Origin: an uncultured Chloroflexia bacterium | GTDB lineage: Bacteria; Chloroflexota; Limnocylindria; Limnocylindrales; CSP1-4 | Length of the DNA stretch: 64,000 bases | Assembly: GCA_963828165.1 (NCBI GenBank) | Contig: CAWHDR010000001.1 | Coordinates: 32,001-96,000, forward strand | Reading direction: 5' to 3' | Shown here: in pieces, positions 10,155 through 19,420 of the stretch | Position numbering within the stretch: the stretch's first letter is position 1 | How the letters are laid out: every line of letters starts with the position of its first letter | The notes under the pieces: generated by a model | Seen by the model: only the letters and a program-made list of their open reading frames with translations | Database searches by the model: none | What the model was told of the DNA's origin: nothing | Made by a program: the position numbers and the translations under genes

Positions 10155-11246
10155 ATGGAGCGAAGTCAACGGGTCGATAGCGTCGTCAGGGCGCTTCGAC
10201 GAGTGAACGTCCAGGGGTCGGTCTTCGGCCAGTCCGTCGCTATCCGATTGGGGCTGTCCGAATCGGACATCGACGCGCTCGAGCTGCTCATCGACACGGG
10301 CGCCGCGACGGCCGGCAAGCTGGCGGACCTGATGGGCCTTACCAGCGGCGCCGTCACCCGCGTGATCGACCGCCTGGAGCAGGCGGGCTATGTCCGTCGC
10401 ACGACCGATCCGGCCGACCGCCGGCGGGTCGTCATCGAGGTCGTCCCCGAGCGGGTCGCGACGGTCGAGACGCTGCTCGACTCACTCGAACGCGCCTTCG
10501 CCAAGGAGGCGGCCCAGTACTCCCCCGAACAGCTCGAGACCATCCAGGGCTTTCTCGGACGGATGGCCGAGCTCACCCAGACCGAGGCGGCACGGCTGCG
10601 CACGACGCCCGATGCGAGCGATCCCGCCGACCATGGACCGGCCGACTACTCGGCCCCACGCGGCGGGATCGAGGAAGCCAGCCTCATGTTCCGCTCGGGC
10701 ATGCAGGAGCTCCGGCTCCGGCCCCACCGGAGCGCGACCGAGCTGTATCGCGCCCGATTCGACGGCGCCACACCGCAGGTCCGCGTCCGCGATGGCCGCG
10801 TGCAGGTGAGCTTCCGCGGCGGGTTCTTCGACTGGCGCAAGCGCGCGGCGACGATGGCATTGAGCGTCGAGCTACCCTGGACCATCGAGATCGTCGGCGG
10901 GATCCAGCGGGTCGAGGCGGACCTGCGGACGGTCCCCGTCCGTCGCCTGGAGCTCACGGGCGGCGTCGAGCGGGTCCAGCTCGAGCTGGGCCGGCCCGAG
11001 GGCGAGGTGTCCGTCCGGATCGTGGGGGGCGCGAAGACGATCCGCGTCGAGCGCCCGGGCGGAACGCCGATCCAGCTTCGGGTCCGTGGCGGCGCCTCAC
11101 AAGTCGAGCTCGACGGCCAATCCCTCGGCGCACGGGCCGGCGATATCGCCCTCGACAGTCGGGGCTGGAGCGGATCGAGCGATCGCTACGCCCTCGAGGT
11201 CATCGGCGGCGCGAAGACCATCACGGTCGTCGAGCGGCGGGACTGA
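10155..11246 (+). CDS. MarR-family regulator fused to a C-terminal beta-rich domain
   Basis: N-terminal LADLMGLTSGAVTRVIDRLEQAGYVRR..DPADRR wHTH. About 200 aa C-terminal extension with repeated IxGG beta motifs. Real start MERSQRV. Confidence 0.85.
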   Translation: MERSQRVDSVVRALRRVNVQGSVFGQSVAIRLGLSESDIDALELLIDTGAATAGKLADLMGLTSGAVTRVIDRLEQAGYVRRTTDPADRRRVVIEVVPERVATVETLLDSLERAFAKEAAQYSPEQLETIQGFLGRMAELTQTEAARLRTTPDASDPADHGPADYSAPRGGIEEASLMFRSGMQELRLRPHRSATELYRARFDGATPQVRVRDGRVQVSFRGGFFDWRKRAATMALSVELPWTIEIVGGIQRVEADLRTVPVRRLELTGGVERVQLELGRPEGEVSVRIVGGAKTIRVERPGGTPIQLRVRGGASQVELDGQSLGARAGDIALDSRGWSGSSDRYALEVIGGAKTITVVERRD

Positions 11247-11709
11247 TCACTCCGTTCGCAGGCGGGCGACCACCTCGGTCGCGCGGTTGAGGCGCGTCTC
11301 GGACCGCTTGGCTGCGCCGACGTGATCGGCGTGTTCGCGTCGTCGCGACGGGGCGAGGCCGTCGAACGCGGTGCGGCGCCGGGGGATCCGCCGCGAGGGC
11401 GTGGACGAGCTCCGGCGGGAGCGTGATGTCGGCCGAACGCGAGCGCTCGTCGCGCTCGAGGTCGAATTCGACGGTGTCGCCGGCGACCTTGCCGATCGCC
11501 TCCCGGGTGGCCTTGTTCACGGCCATCACGACCTGCCGGCCGACGCCTTCGAAGGTGTACGGCATGAACTGGTGACGGATCGGATGGCCATCGATCGTGC
11601 CGGCCACCGAGGTCCGGCCGGTCGCCCTCAGCGCGTCGACCACCTCGGCCGGGATGACGACGAACGTCCCGCCTTCGATCGGCTCAAGGCGGGCCGTGAA
11701 CTGCGCCAC
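11247..11709 (-). pseudogene. DUF1905 / YdeI-OmpD-associated family protein with a +1 frameshift (likely sequencing error)
   Basis: VAQFTARLE...TIDGHP...VNKATREAIGKVAGDTVEF. Removing one base near 11378-11385 restores the typical ending AFDGLAPSRRREHADHVGAAKRSETRLNR*. Confidence 0.75.
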
Positions 11710-11711
11710 GG

Positions 11712-12419
11712 TCAGACGCCGGGGCCGGGCCGAGCGAGGTGGTCGAGGAATTCGGAGCGGGTCCGGTCCCGCGTGCGGAACAGCCCCAGGACCGACGAGG
11801 TCGTCATCACCGTGCCGGGCTTGCGCACGCCGCGCATGACCGCGCACAGGTGGGTCGCCTCGATGACGACGCCGACGCCCTGCGGCTCCAGCCGATCCTC
11901 CAGGAAGTGGGCGATCTCCTGGGTCAGCCGCTCCTGGACCTGCAGCCGGCGGGCATACGTCTCGACGATGCGCGGGATCTTGGACAGCCCGATGACCCGG
12001 CCGCGCGGGATGTACGCCACGGCGGCCGTCCCGAAGAACGGCAGCAGGTGGTGCTCGCACAGCGAGTAGAACGGGATGTCCTTGACGATCACCATCTCGC
12101 TGTAGTCGACATCGAAGATCGCGCCGTTGATCAACCGATCGGGATCGACGTGATAGCCCGCGGTCAGCTCGGTATACATGCGATGCACGCGCTCCGGGGT
12201 CCCGAGCAGGCCCTGGCGATCGGGATCCTCGCCGATCTCGAGCAGGATCTCGCGGACGGCGGCCTCCACCTTGCCGTTGTCGGTTGGTGCCTCGCCCGCG
12301 TGGTCGCGGCCGCGCGAACCCGTGATGTCGTCGGTGGCGACCGACGTCTCGCCGATCTCGTTCTCGATCTCGTCGACCAGGCGGCGGACGTTGGGTGGGA
12401 GCTCGGTCGGGCTGGGCAT
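11712..12419 (-). CDS. folE: GTP cyclohydrolase I
   Basis: [50 protein letters not shown]. Confidence 0.96.
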   Translation of the reverse strand: MPSPTELPPNVRRLVDEIENEIGETSVATDDITGSRGRDHAGEAPTDNGKVEAAVREILLEIGEDPDRQGLLGTPERVHRMYTELTAGYHVDPDRLINGAIFDVDYSEMVIVKDIPFYSLCEHHLLPFFGTAAVAYIPRGRVIGLSKIPRIVETYARRLQVQERLTQEIAHFLEDRLEPQGVGVVIEATHLCAVMRGVRKPGTVMTTSSVLGLFRTRDRTRSEFLDHLARPGPGV

Positions 12420-12442
12420 GGTCGCGATGGTACGCCCAAGTG

Positions 12443-13561
12443 TCAGCCGGCGACGGCGCCGCTCTCGCTGAAGCCGCTCGAGGGCATCGGATCGAAGTCG
12501 CGGCCCTCGGCGCCACGCAGCCAGGCTCGGGCGTTCTCACCGAGCGAGGGCCGGTGGTAGCCGCCCTCCTGGAGGATCACGAGCCGCCGACCCAGCCCCG
12601 CCACGCGGCGTCCGACCTCGTGGTAGACGTCCGTCGTCAGTGCGAAATCCCCGATCGGGTCGAGGCCGTACGTGTCGAAGCCCAGCGAGACCACGACGAT
12701 GGACCCCGGGACTGCCGCGATCGCCTCGACGGCCCGGTCCGTGGCCTCGAGATAGTCCTCGTTCGTCGCGCCGGCACGCAGCGGGATGTTCAGGTTCTCA
12801 CCGGCGCCATCACCCTCCCCCGTCTCGTCCGCTCGGCCCAGGAAATACGGGTACTGGCGGTCCGGATCCGCGTGGATCGAGACGTACCGAACGTCGCCGC
12901 GCCGCCAGAAGATCTGCTGCGTGCCGTTGCCGTGGTGGTAGTCCACGTCCAGGATCGCCACCCGCTCGCCGGTGGCCTGTGTGATCGCGTGCGCGGCGAT
13001 CGCGGCGTTGTTGAAGAAGCAGTAGCCGCCGTACATCGCCCGCGCCGCGTGGTGGCCGGGTGGGCGGCAGAGGCCGTAGGCCGCGGTCTCGCCGGCCAGC
13101 ACGAGGTCCGCCGTGGTCAGCGCGACATCCACGGCCGACCTGGCGGCCGCGTACGTGCCGGCAACCAGCGGCGCGGCCGAATCCAGGCCCCAGAACCCTG
13201 CCCGACCCCCGACATGGACCGGCTCGCGCACGAGCCGAGCGATACCGTCGGGACTCATCCCTTCGAACATGGCGCGGTTCGGGTACGTGTCCGCCGACAG
13301 GAACGCACGCGGGATGCCCTGGCTGCGCACCTCGGACCACGCGGTCTCGAGGAAGCGGAGCAGGCCCTCGTCGTGGACCGCGATGATCGGATCCTCGCCG
13401 TGCTCGGTCGGGCCGGTCAGCGTGTAGCCACCGTCCGCCTCGAGCGCAGACCGGATCTTCTCGGCCCGTTCGGCGACTTCGTTGGCCGGCACGCCGACGC
13501 CCATGTAGGTCTCGGTGTCGATGTCATGGGCCAGGTGGTTCGAGCTGTAGACGACCTGCAT
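12443..13561 (-). CDS. Histone deacetylase family protein (acetylpolyamine amidohydrolase-like)
   Basis: [39 protein letters not shown]. Start MQVVYS. Confidence 0.92.
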   Translation of the reverse strand: MQVVYSSNHLAHDIDTETYMGVGVPANEVAERAEKIRSALEADGGYTLTGPTEHGEDPIIAVHDEGLLRFLETAWSEVRSQGIPRAFLSADTYPNRAMFEGMSPDGIARLVREPVHVGGRAGFWGLDSAAPLVAGTYAAARSAVDVALTTADLVLAGETAAYGLCRPPGHHAARAMYGGYCFFNNAAIAAHAITQATGERVAILDVDYHHGNGTQQIFWRRGDVRYVSIHADPDRQYPYFLGRADETGEGDGAGENLNIPLRAGATNEDYLEATDRAVEAIAAVPGSIVVVSLGFDTYGLDPIGDFALTTDVYHEVGRRVAGLGRRLVILQEGGYHRPSLGENARAWLRGAEGRDFDPMPSSGFSESGAVAG

Positions 13562-13595
13562 CGCGTCCTCGTCGTCGGGAGATGTGGGGGCGCGG

Positions 13596-14570
13596 CTAGC
13601 GGCCGCGACCGTCGATGGAGGCGATCGCCGCGGCAACCTCGTCCGGACGGTAGCGCATGAGGTTGTGACCGTCATCACCGAATGACACCTGGTCGATCGG
13701 CCCGCGGCCGGCAGTCTCCCGCGCAGCCGAGACCGCGGCGAGGGCCGCCGCACGTGACCCGGTGTCATCGTCGGCGGCGATGAGGGCGGTGATCGGGGGG
13801 TCGACGGCGGTCAGCGCGCTTACCGGGTCGTAGGTGAACATGGCGCGGACACAGGCCTCGAGGGCGTGCGGCCTGGTCGCGGGGACGACGCGGCCGGCGT
13901 GGGTCTCGACGACCGTGGCTCGCGCCGCTCGGTCCTGGTCCGCGTCCCACGAGCTCGGGTCGAACCGCGAGCGGTCGGCAAGAAACGCCGGCAGCGAGCG
14001 CATGACCTCAGGGGGCTCGTCCAGGCCCCGCAGGAATTCGTCGACGTCGAGGCCGGTGCTGGCTTCCAGGGACTCCCAGCCGCCGTCGACCAGGATGAGG
14101 CCGGCGCAGTTTGTCCCCATCTGGAGGGCCGCGGTCGCAGCCACGATCGCCCCGAACCCATGACCAGCGAGCACCACTCCCGTGGCCTCGCGGTCACCAC
14201 CGAGCAGGCCGGAGCCCTCGGCGACCGCCTCGACGTCCGAGGCGAGGACGGCGAGGTCGTAGGCGCCGTCATCGGTCGGCGCGTCCGATAGCCCGTGGCC
14301 GCGCAGGTCCATCGAGACGAACCTTCGCGACCCCGCTGATCCCCCGAGGCGGCGCGCGACCGGGGCCCAGATCCAGCCGGTCTGCGAGAGCCCGTGGATC
14401 GCCAGCACGCCCCACGAGCGCGGCCCGTCCGCCGTCCCTGCCCCGCTCGTCCCGCCCGCCCCGCCCCAATCGAGGAAATGGATGCGCTCTCCGGATCCCG
14501 CGATGACGACGAAGCCTTCCGGCTCGAAGGTCTGGTCCGGGACGAGAGCGGTGGGAGGTGGCGGCGCCAT
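13596..14570 (-). CDS. Alpha/beta-fold hydrolase-like protein
   Basis: IHGL, DLRGHGLSD and a C-terminal His. The nucleophile elbow reads GHGFG (no Ser). Confidence 0.8.
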   Translation of the reverse strand: MAPPPPTALVPDQTFEPEGFVVIAGSGERIHFLDWGGAGGTSGAGTADGPRSWGVLAIHGLSQTGWIWAPVARRLGGSAGSRRFVSMDLRGHGLSDAPTDDGAYDLAVLASDVEAVAEGSGLLGGDREATGVVLAGHGFGAIVAATAALQMGTNCAGLILVDGGWESLEASTGLDVDEFLRGLDEPPEVMRSLPAFLADRSRFDPSSWDADQDRAARATVVETHAGRVVPATRPHALEACVRAMFTYDPVSALTAVDPPITALIAADDDTGSRAAALAAVSAARETAGRGPIDQVSFGDDGHNLMRYRPDEVAAAIASIDGRGR

Positions 14571-14591
14571 CGGCCCTAGGATACGGGCGCC

Positions 14592-15014
14592 ATGCCGAAG
14601 CGCCGCCGAGGTTCCCGCTCAGCGCGCTGCCGGGCCTCGTCCCGCCTCACTCGCCATCGCCGCTTCGAAGACCTGGTCGACGAGGCCCTTGCGACCATCC
14701 CGATGCCGTTCGCGGCGGCCCTCGACGAGGTCGCGATCGTCATCGACGACGAGCCGACGCCCGACCAGCTGAACCACAACGAGATCGAGACCGGCGACAC
14801 GCTATACGGCCTGTACGAGGGGATCCCGCGAACCGAATGGGGCGCCGACTGGGTCGCCGAACCAAATCGGATCGTGCTCTTCCGACTGCCACTCGAAGCG
14901 GATTTCGCGGACCCCGACGACCTCGCCGACGAGGTCTGGGTCACCGTCGTCCACGAGCTCGCGCACCACCTGGGCATCGACGACGACCGCCTCCACGCCC
15001 TCGGGGTGGACTGA
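14592..15014 (+). CDS. Zincin-like metallopeptidase family protein (DUF1025)
   Basis: LYGLYEGIP, RIVLFR, TVVHELAHHLGIDD (HExxH). Confidence 0.88.
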   Translation: MPKRRRGSRSARCRASSRLTRHRRFEDLVDEALATIPMPFAAALDEVAIVIDDEPTPDQLNHNEIETGDTLYGLYEGIPRTEWGADWVAEPNRIVLFRLPLEADFADPDDLADEVWVTVVHELAHHLGIDDDRLHALGVD

Positions 15015-15052
15015 GGGTCGGGTCTCGCCATCGGCGCGGACCGCGTGTTGAC

Positions 15053-16408
15053 CTAGCCGACGATCGTCGAAACGGTCAGCGCCAGACCGGCTGCGCCGAG
15101 CACGAACCCGAGCAGCATCGAGCGGGTCAGCCAACGGAACCGGGGACGCCCCGGAAGCCGGATGTCCGGGTCCTCCGGACCGCCAGATCGCACGCGATCG
15201 AGCCCGAGGGTCGCGTGGGTCAGACCCAGGAACATCACCACCTGGGGTGCCACCGTGATCGCGGTCACCGTGAAGATCAGCGTCCCGAATGCGAAGGTCA
15301 CCGCCACGACCCCGATCGTGGTCGCCGCCAGTCCGATCGCCGAGGATTCGGGACCGAACCCGAGACTCCCGAACAGCCGCAACACGACGTCGAGACCGGC
15401 CGAGATGCCGAACAGGACGAGGAGGGCGGTGATGGTCTCGAACACGACCACGATCGCGGCCGCCATCTTGCGGGCACGGAAGACCCAGAACGAGCGGCGG
15501 AGCGCCTCGAACGGGTTGACGTCACCGAGCACGACGCCAGCCAGGACGTAGGCGAACGGCCCGCCGATCAGCGCCGTGACCAGGGTGGAGGTGATGACGG
15601 ACGCTTCGACCGCCTCCCCGAACGTCGGCGCGAAGAACTCGGACACGACGCCCTGGACGAAGAACACCGGGATGCCGGCGAGGAATGACGCAAGGATCGC
15701 GGACCAGAACATCCGGCGCGAGCGCGCCAGCGCCCGGCGGGTCGAGACGGGCCGCTCGATCATGCGACTCGCGAGGACCGTCATGGCCAGGCACCGGGAT
15801 TCGACCCAAGCGACGACGAGCCCGGTGAACGCCAGCAGCCCGAGGCCGGCGAACAGCGCCTCGGCGTTCGGGGCGATGCCCTCCTCGAATTCGGCGAGGC
15901 CGCGCTCTGTCTCGACGACGACCAGGCCCCACGACGCGAGCGCGAGCGGACCGACCGTCCCAAGCACGATGAGACCGATGTAGAACGACGCACGGCGCAT
16001 GTCGGCACCCGAGCGGCCCAGCAGGTCGAAGCTCGCGGTCAGCAGTCGACTCGTCGTGACGAGCGGGATCTCCGGAGGCGGACCGCTTGGAAGGGCGGAC
16101 GGGAGTGGCGCCGCCGGCTGCAACGGGGTGGCTGGCGCCACGGGCGTAGCGGCGGGATCGGGGGGCGTTGGCGGCGGCGCGACAAACGGTTCGGCGGGCG
16201 CGGCCATGGCTGGAGCGACGGACGGTTCCGTCAGCGCCGCGGCTGGAGCGACGGACGGTTCGGTTGGCGCAGCCACCGCTGGAGCGACGGGCGCCTCGGA
16301 CTCAGGCTGGGAGGCCGGCGTCGGCGTGGGCAGGTCCACCCACGGCGGCTCGGCCGCGCCCGAGGGCTGCGCCGTTGGTGCCTCCTCCGCCTCCTCTTCG
16401 TCGGTCAC
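15053..16408 (-). CDS. Hypothetical multi-pass membrane protein with Pro/Ala-rich N-terminus
   Basis: About 7 hydrophobic segments and a low-complexity N-terminus. Coupled to the upstream dehydratase gene. Confidence 0.75.
   Translation of the reverse strand: MTDEEEAEEAPTAQPSGAAEPPWVDLPTPTPASQPESEAPVAPAVAAPTEPSVAPAAALTEPSVAPAMAAPAEPFVAPPPTPPDPAATPVAPATPLQPAAPLPSALPSGPPPEIPLVTTSRLLTASFDLLGRSGADMRRASFYIGLIVLGTVGPLALASWGLVVVETERGLAEFEEGIAPNAEALFAGLGLLAFTGLVVAWVESRCLAMTVLASRMIERPVSTRRALARSRRMFWSAILASFLAGIPVFFVQGVVSEFFAPTFGEAVEASVITSTLVTALIGGPFAYVLAGVVLGDVNPFEALRRSFWVFRARKMAAAIVVVFETITALLVLFGISAGLDVVLRLFGSLGFGPESSAIGLAATTIGVVAVTFAFGTLIFTVTAITVAPQVVMFLGLTHATLGLDRVRSGGPEDPDIRLPGRPRFRWLTRSMLLGFVLGAAGLALTVSTIVG
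16208..16290. repeat. Intragenic ~33-bp imperfect repeat (EPSVAPA units)
   Basis: GGCTGGAGCGACGGACGGTTC at 16208 and 16241, with a partial copy near 16278. Confidence 0.75.
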
Positions 16409-17448
16409 GTCGCTCCGCCTGGCAGTGTCCCGGCCGCCGCCATCAGCTCGCCAAGCCGGCTGACTTCGACGTTCCCGCCCGACAGCAACACGCCGACCCG
16501 CTCGCCATTGCGAATCTCGATCCGGCCGGCCAGGACCGCCGCCAGAGCTGCCGCGCCGGCGGGCTCGACGACCTGCTTGAGCCGTTCCAGGGCGAAGCGC
16601 AGGCCGGCGAGGATCGTCGGGTCGTCGAGCAGCACGATGTCATCGACATACCGCCGGGCCATCGCCAGCGTCCACACGCCCGCGAAGGGCGCCCCGAGCC
16701 CGTCGGCGACCGACTGCGGCTGGATCGTCACGACCTCGTTCCGTTCGAGCGCGAGTGACATCGCATTGGACCGGTCCGGCTCCACCCCGATGATCCGGAT
16801 CCCCGGGCGCACGCCCTTGGCAGCCGCCGCGACGCCCGAGATCAGCCCTCCGCCGCCGACGCCGACCACGAGCACGTCGAGGTCGGGCACGTCGTCGAGG
16901 AACTCGAGCCCGGCGGTCCCGTTTCCGGCGATGACGGCAGGGTCGTTGAACGGATGCACGAACGTGAGGCCTTCGACGTCGCGGATCCGCTCCATCTCGG
17001 CGAAGGTGTCGCCGACGTGATCACCGTGCAGGACGACTCGCGCTCCGTATCCGAGGCACGCCTCGACCTTGGATCGCACCGCGCCCGCCGGCATGACGAC
17101 CGTGACCGGCACACCGACGGCCCGACCGGCCCATCCGTACGCCTGCCCGGCGTTCCCCGCCGACAGGGTGATGACGCCCCGCTCGCGCGCGTCAGGCGTG
17201 AGCGTCGCGATCCGGTTCGACATCCCGCGGGCCTTGAAGGACCCGGTCTTCTGCAGGTGCTCGGCCTTGAGGTACAGGCGCTCGTCGCGCAACGTGGCGC
17301 CGGTCGCGACGCGGACCCAGGCGGCCGCCGTGGTGGAGGTCAGGACCGGCGTGCGGTGGACCAGGCCCAACAGACGGTCCGCGGCGGCCCGGATGTCCCC
17401 GATCGGGACGTCGAGTTCGGGCTCGGCGCGTGCGTCGACCTCGGGCAT
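16405..17448 (-). CDS. Threonine/serine dehydratase (PLP-dependent)
   Basis: LKAEHLQKTGSFKARG, SAGN, VGGGGLISG, EPAGAAALAA, LSGGN. Confidence 0.9.
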   Translation of the reverse strand: MPEVDARAEPELDVPIGDIRAAADRLLGLVHRTPVLTSTTAAAWVRVATGATLRDERLYLKAEHLQKTGSFKARGMSNRIATLTPDARERGVITLSAGNAGQAYGWAGRAVGVPVTVVMPAGAVRSKVEACLGYGARVVLHGDHVGDTFAEMERIRDVEGLTFVHPFNDPAVIAGNGTAGLEFLDDVPDLDVLVVGVGGGGLISGVAAAAKGVRPGIRIIGVEPDRSNAMSLALERNEVVTIQPQSVADGLGAPFAGVWTLAMARRYVDDIVLLDDPTILAGLRFALERLKQVVEPAGAAALAAVLAGRIEIRNGERVGVLLSGGNVEVSRLGELMAAAGTLPGGAT

Positions 17449-17529
17449 GCGGCGGAGTATCGCATGGCCCACGCTCGGGTCCGCCTGGCCACCGGCCCGT
17501 CGCCCACGCCCGAGATCGTCGCTCGGCTA

Positions 17530-17559
17530 CTTGCGTGTTTGCGCAAGCACTGATACCGT
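17530..17559 (+). promoter_or_regulatory. Sigma70-type promoter overlapped by a putative ArsR operator
   Basis: TTGCGT-17 nt-TACCGT. Inverted repeat CTTGCG-N6-CGCAAG at 17530-17547. Confidence 0.6.
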
Positions 17560-17566
17560 CATCGCA

Positions 17567-17866
17567 GTGTTGGATTACCTGCCAGTCTCCGCGGAGCCCG
17601 ATCGCGAGCGGTACGCCGCCGTCGGACGAGCGCTCGCGGATCCCAAGCGCCTGTGTGTCCTCGAGTCGCTCGCCATCGGCGAGCTCTCGGTCAGCGACCT
17701 CAGCACCCGGGTCGGCTGCCAGGTTCCCAACATGAGCCAGCACCTCGCGGTGCTCCGCCGGGCGGGTCTCGTGACCAGCCGGCGCGACGGCAACACCATC
17801 CTCTACCGCCTCACGGACCAGCGCGTCCTCGAGGCGTATCGACTCATCCAGGACATCGCCCGCTAG
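17567..17866 (+). CDS. ArsR/SmtB family transcriptional regulator
   Basis: ALADPKRL..L, ELSVSDL, SQHLAVLRRAGLV.SRRDG..ILYRL. Confidence 0.9.
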   Translation: MLDYLPVSAEPDRERYAAVGRALADPKRLCVLESLAIGELSVSDLSTRVGCQVPNMSQHLAVLRRAGLVTSRRDGNTILYRLTDQRVLEAYRLIQDIAR

Positions 17867-17884
17867 GCGGGAGGAGGCATATCA

Positions 17885-18259
17885 ATGGCGGAGATCAGGC
17901 ACGTCACCGACGAGAACTTCGAGGAGCTCGTGCTCAAGAGCGAGCGCCCCACGGTCGTCGACTTCTGGGCCGTGTGGTGCGGACCCTGCAAGATGGTGGC
18001 CCCGGAAATGGAGAAGCTCGCGGCCAAGTACGACGGCAAGGTGGACGTCGTCAAGGTCGACGTGGACGCAAATCCGCGCCTTTCCCAGGCGTTCAACATC
18101 ATGAGCATTCCGACGATCGCGTTCTTCAAGCCGGGCGCCACGCCCCAGGGCGTCGTCGGTTTCCGGCCGCTCGAGCAGCTCGAGGTGCAGTTCGGCCTGG
18201 CCGAGTTCGAACCCACTGCGGCCGATACTCCCGCCACCGAGTCCGTCTCCGCCGACTGA
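17885..18259 (+). CDS. trxA: Thioredoxin
   Basis: DFWAVWCGPCK, SIPT, with a strong GGAGG RBS. Confidence 0.95.
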   Translation: MAEIRHVTDENFEELVLKSERPTVVDFWAVWCGPCKMVAPEMEKLAAKYDGKVDVVKVDVDANPRLSQAFNIMSIPTIAFFKPGATPQGVVGFRPLEQLEVQFGLAEFEPTAADTPATESVSAD

Positions 18260-18286
18260 CCCTCCAAGACTCCCGAACGCCCGTTC

Positions 18287-18311
18287 GACCCCGGCTCCGG
18301 CCGGGGTTGTT
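18287..18311 (+). terminator. Intrinsic terminator after trxA
   Basis: GACCCCGGC-TCCG-GCCGGGGTT followed by GTT. Confidence 0.6.
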
Positions 18312-18561
18312 CGATTCCCGGGCCGGTCGTCAATGGGAGGCACAGTTCGTCAACGAGTGGCGTGGTCTCATCCTTGGCGTCAGCCTCAGTCACCCTTCGC
18401 CCACAGGCGTGCGTGAACGAATCCCCAGATTGCATCCGAGCGCGCTTTTAGCTGTCGGTCACGCAGGGATGTCGGAGATTCGTGCCTACCAGTGACACTA
18501 GATCGTGTCGGCGCGCCGCGATCGACTGGCACAGCCCGAGGTCGTTCGACCTCGCAAGGGA

Positions 18562-18873
18562 CTAGGCACCCAAGCGGCGAAAGGCGGACAGGAACCAGGC
18601 GCCAGCCCGATCGGCGGCGTGGCCGTCGACCACGCGCGGGGTCATGTCGACCCAGCCGCGACCGCGGGCCGATGCCCGCACGTCCGGCGTCCGTGCCGCG
18701 GCACCCGCGACAAGAGGATCCAGCAGGAACGAGGCGGTCGTCCCGTCCGCGGAGAGCGCAGCGAAGACCTGCTCCCCCCGCGACCAGGTGACGGAGCCGT
18801 CATCCGCCGTCGCGGCACGGGCGTCCAGGCCGTACTGCGCGGCCGCCGCATCGATGACCTCGCGCAGCGTCAC
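18562..18873 (-). CDS. Hypothetical protein
   Basis: Plausible 103-aa ORF whose start overlaps the stop of the upstream gene. Confidence 0.6.
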   Translation of the reverse strand: MTLREVIDAAAAQYGLDARAATADDGSVTWSRGEQVFAALSADGTTASFLLDPLVAGAAARTPDVRASARGRGWVDMTPRVVDGHAADRAGAWFLSAFRRLGA

Positions 18874-19355
18874 CCGGCTTCCGCCGCGCCGAGGATCGCG
18901 CGCAGGTCGTCGGCGTGTTCCTCGTAATGCTCGACGGTCTCGTCGCGGAACGACTCGAGGTTCTTGGCGTGCTTGAGCCAGCGCGTCTCGGGCACGACCG
19001 TCAGGTAGCCGCGCAGCTCACCCGGCTGGGTCGCGAACCGGTCGCGTAGCTCGGCCATGGGCACGGCCGCCCAGGTCGCCTCGATATCTGCATTGATGGC
19101 ATCGAGGCCTCGGGCCTCCCGATCCGCGCTCTCCTGGGCCAGGGCCGCGCTCGTCTCGTTGACCGCGAGCTCCTTGGCGGCCCGGAGAGCGATCTCCTGC
19201 CACGCCAGGAGGTGGGCCATCAGGTCGCGGCCGGACCAGCCGTGGGCTGCCTCCTGCGGCTGCGCCAGCTGCTCGTCCGACAGGCCGGCCAGCGCCTCAT
19301 ACGGTGCCCAGGCGTCGCGCTCTTCCTCGAGGAACTCCATCGCGTCGAGATACAT
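18870..19355 (-). CDS. DinB/ClbS/DfsB-like four-helix bundle protein
   Basis: GWSGRDLMAHL..W and EHYEEH motifs. Alternative start at 19364. Confidence 0.8.
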   Translation of the reverse strand: MYLDAMEFLEEERDAWAPYEALAGLSDEQLAQPQEAAHGWSGRDLMAHLLAWQEIALRAAKELAVNETSAALAQESADREARGLDAINADIEATWAAVPMAELRDRFATQPGELRGYLTVVPETRWLKHAKNLESFRDETVEHYEEHADDLRAILGAAEAG

Positions 19356-19420
19356 ACGGCCCATGGTAGACGCCGCGGCCGACCGCTTGCGAGGACGGGC
19401 CGATGGTAGAGTCCCGACCG

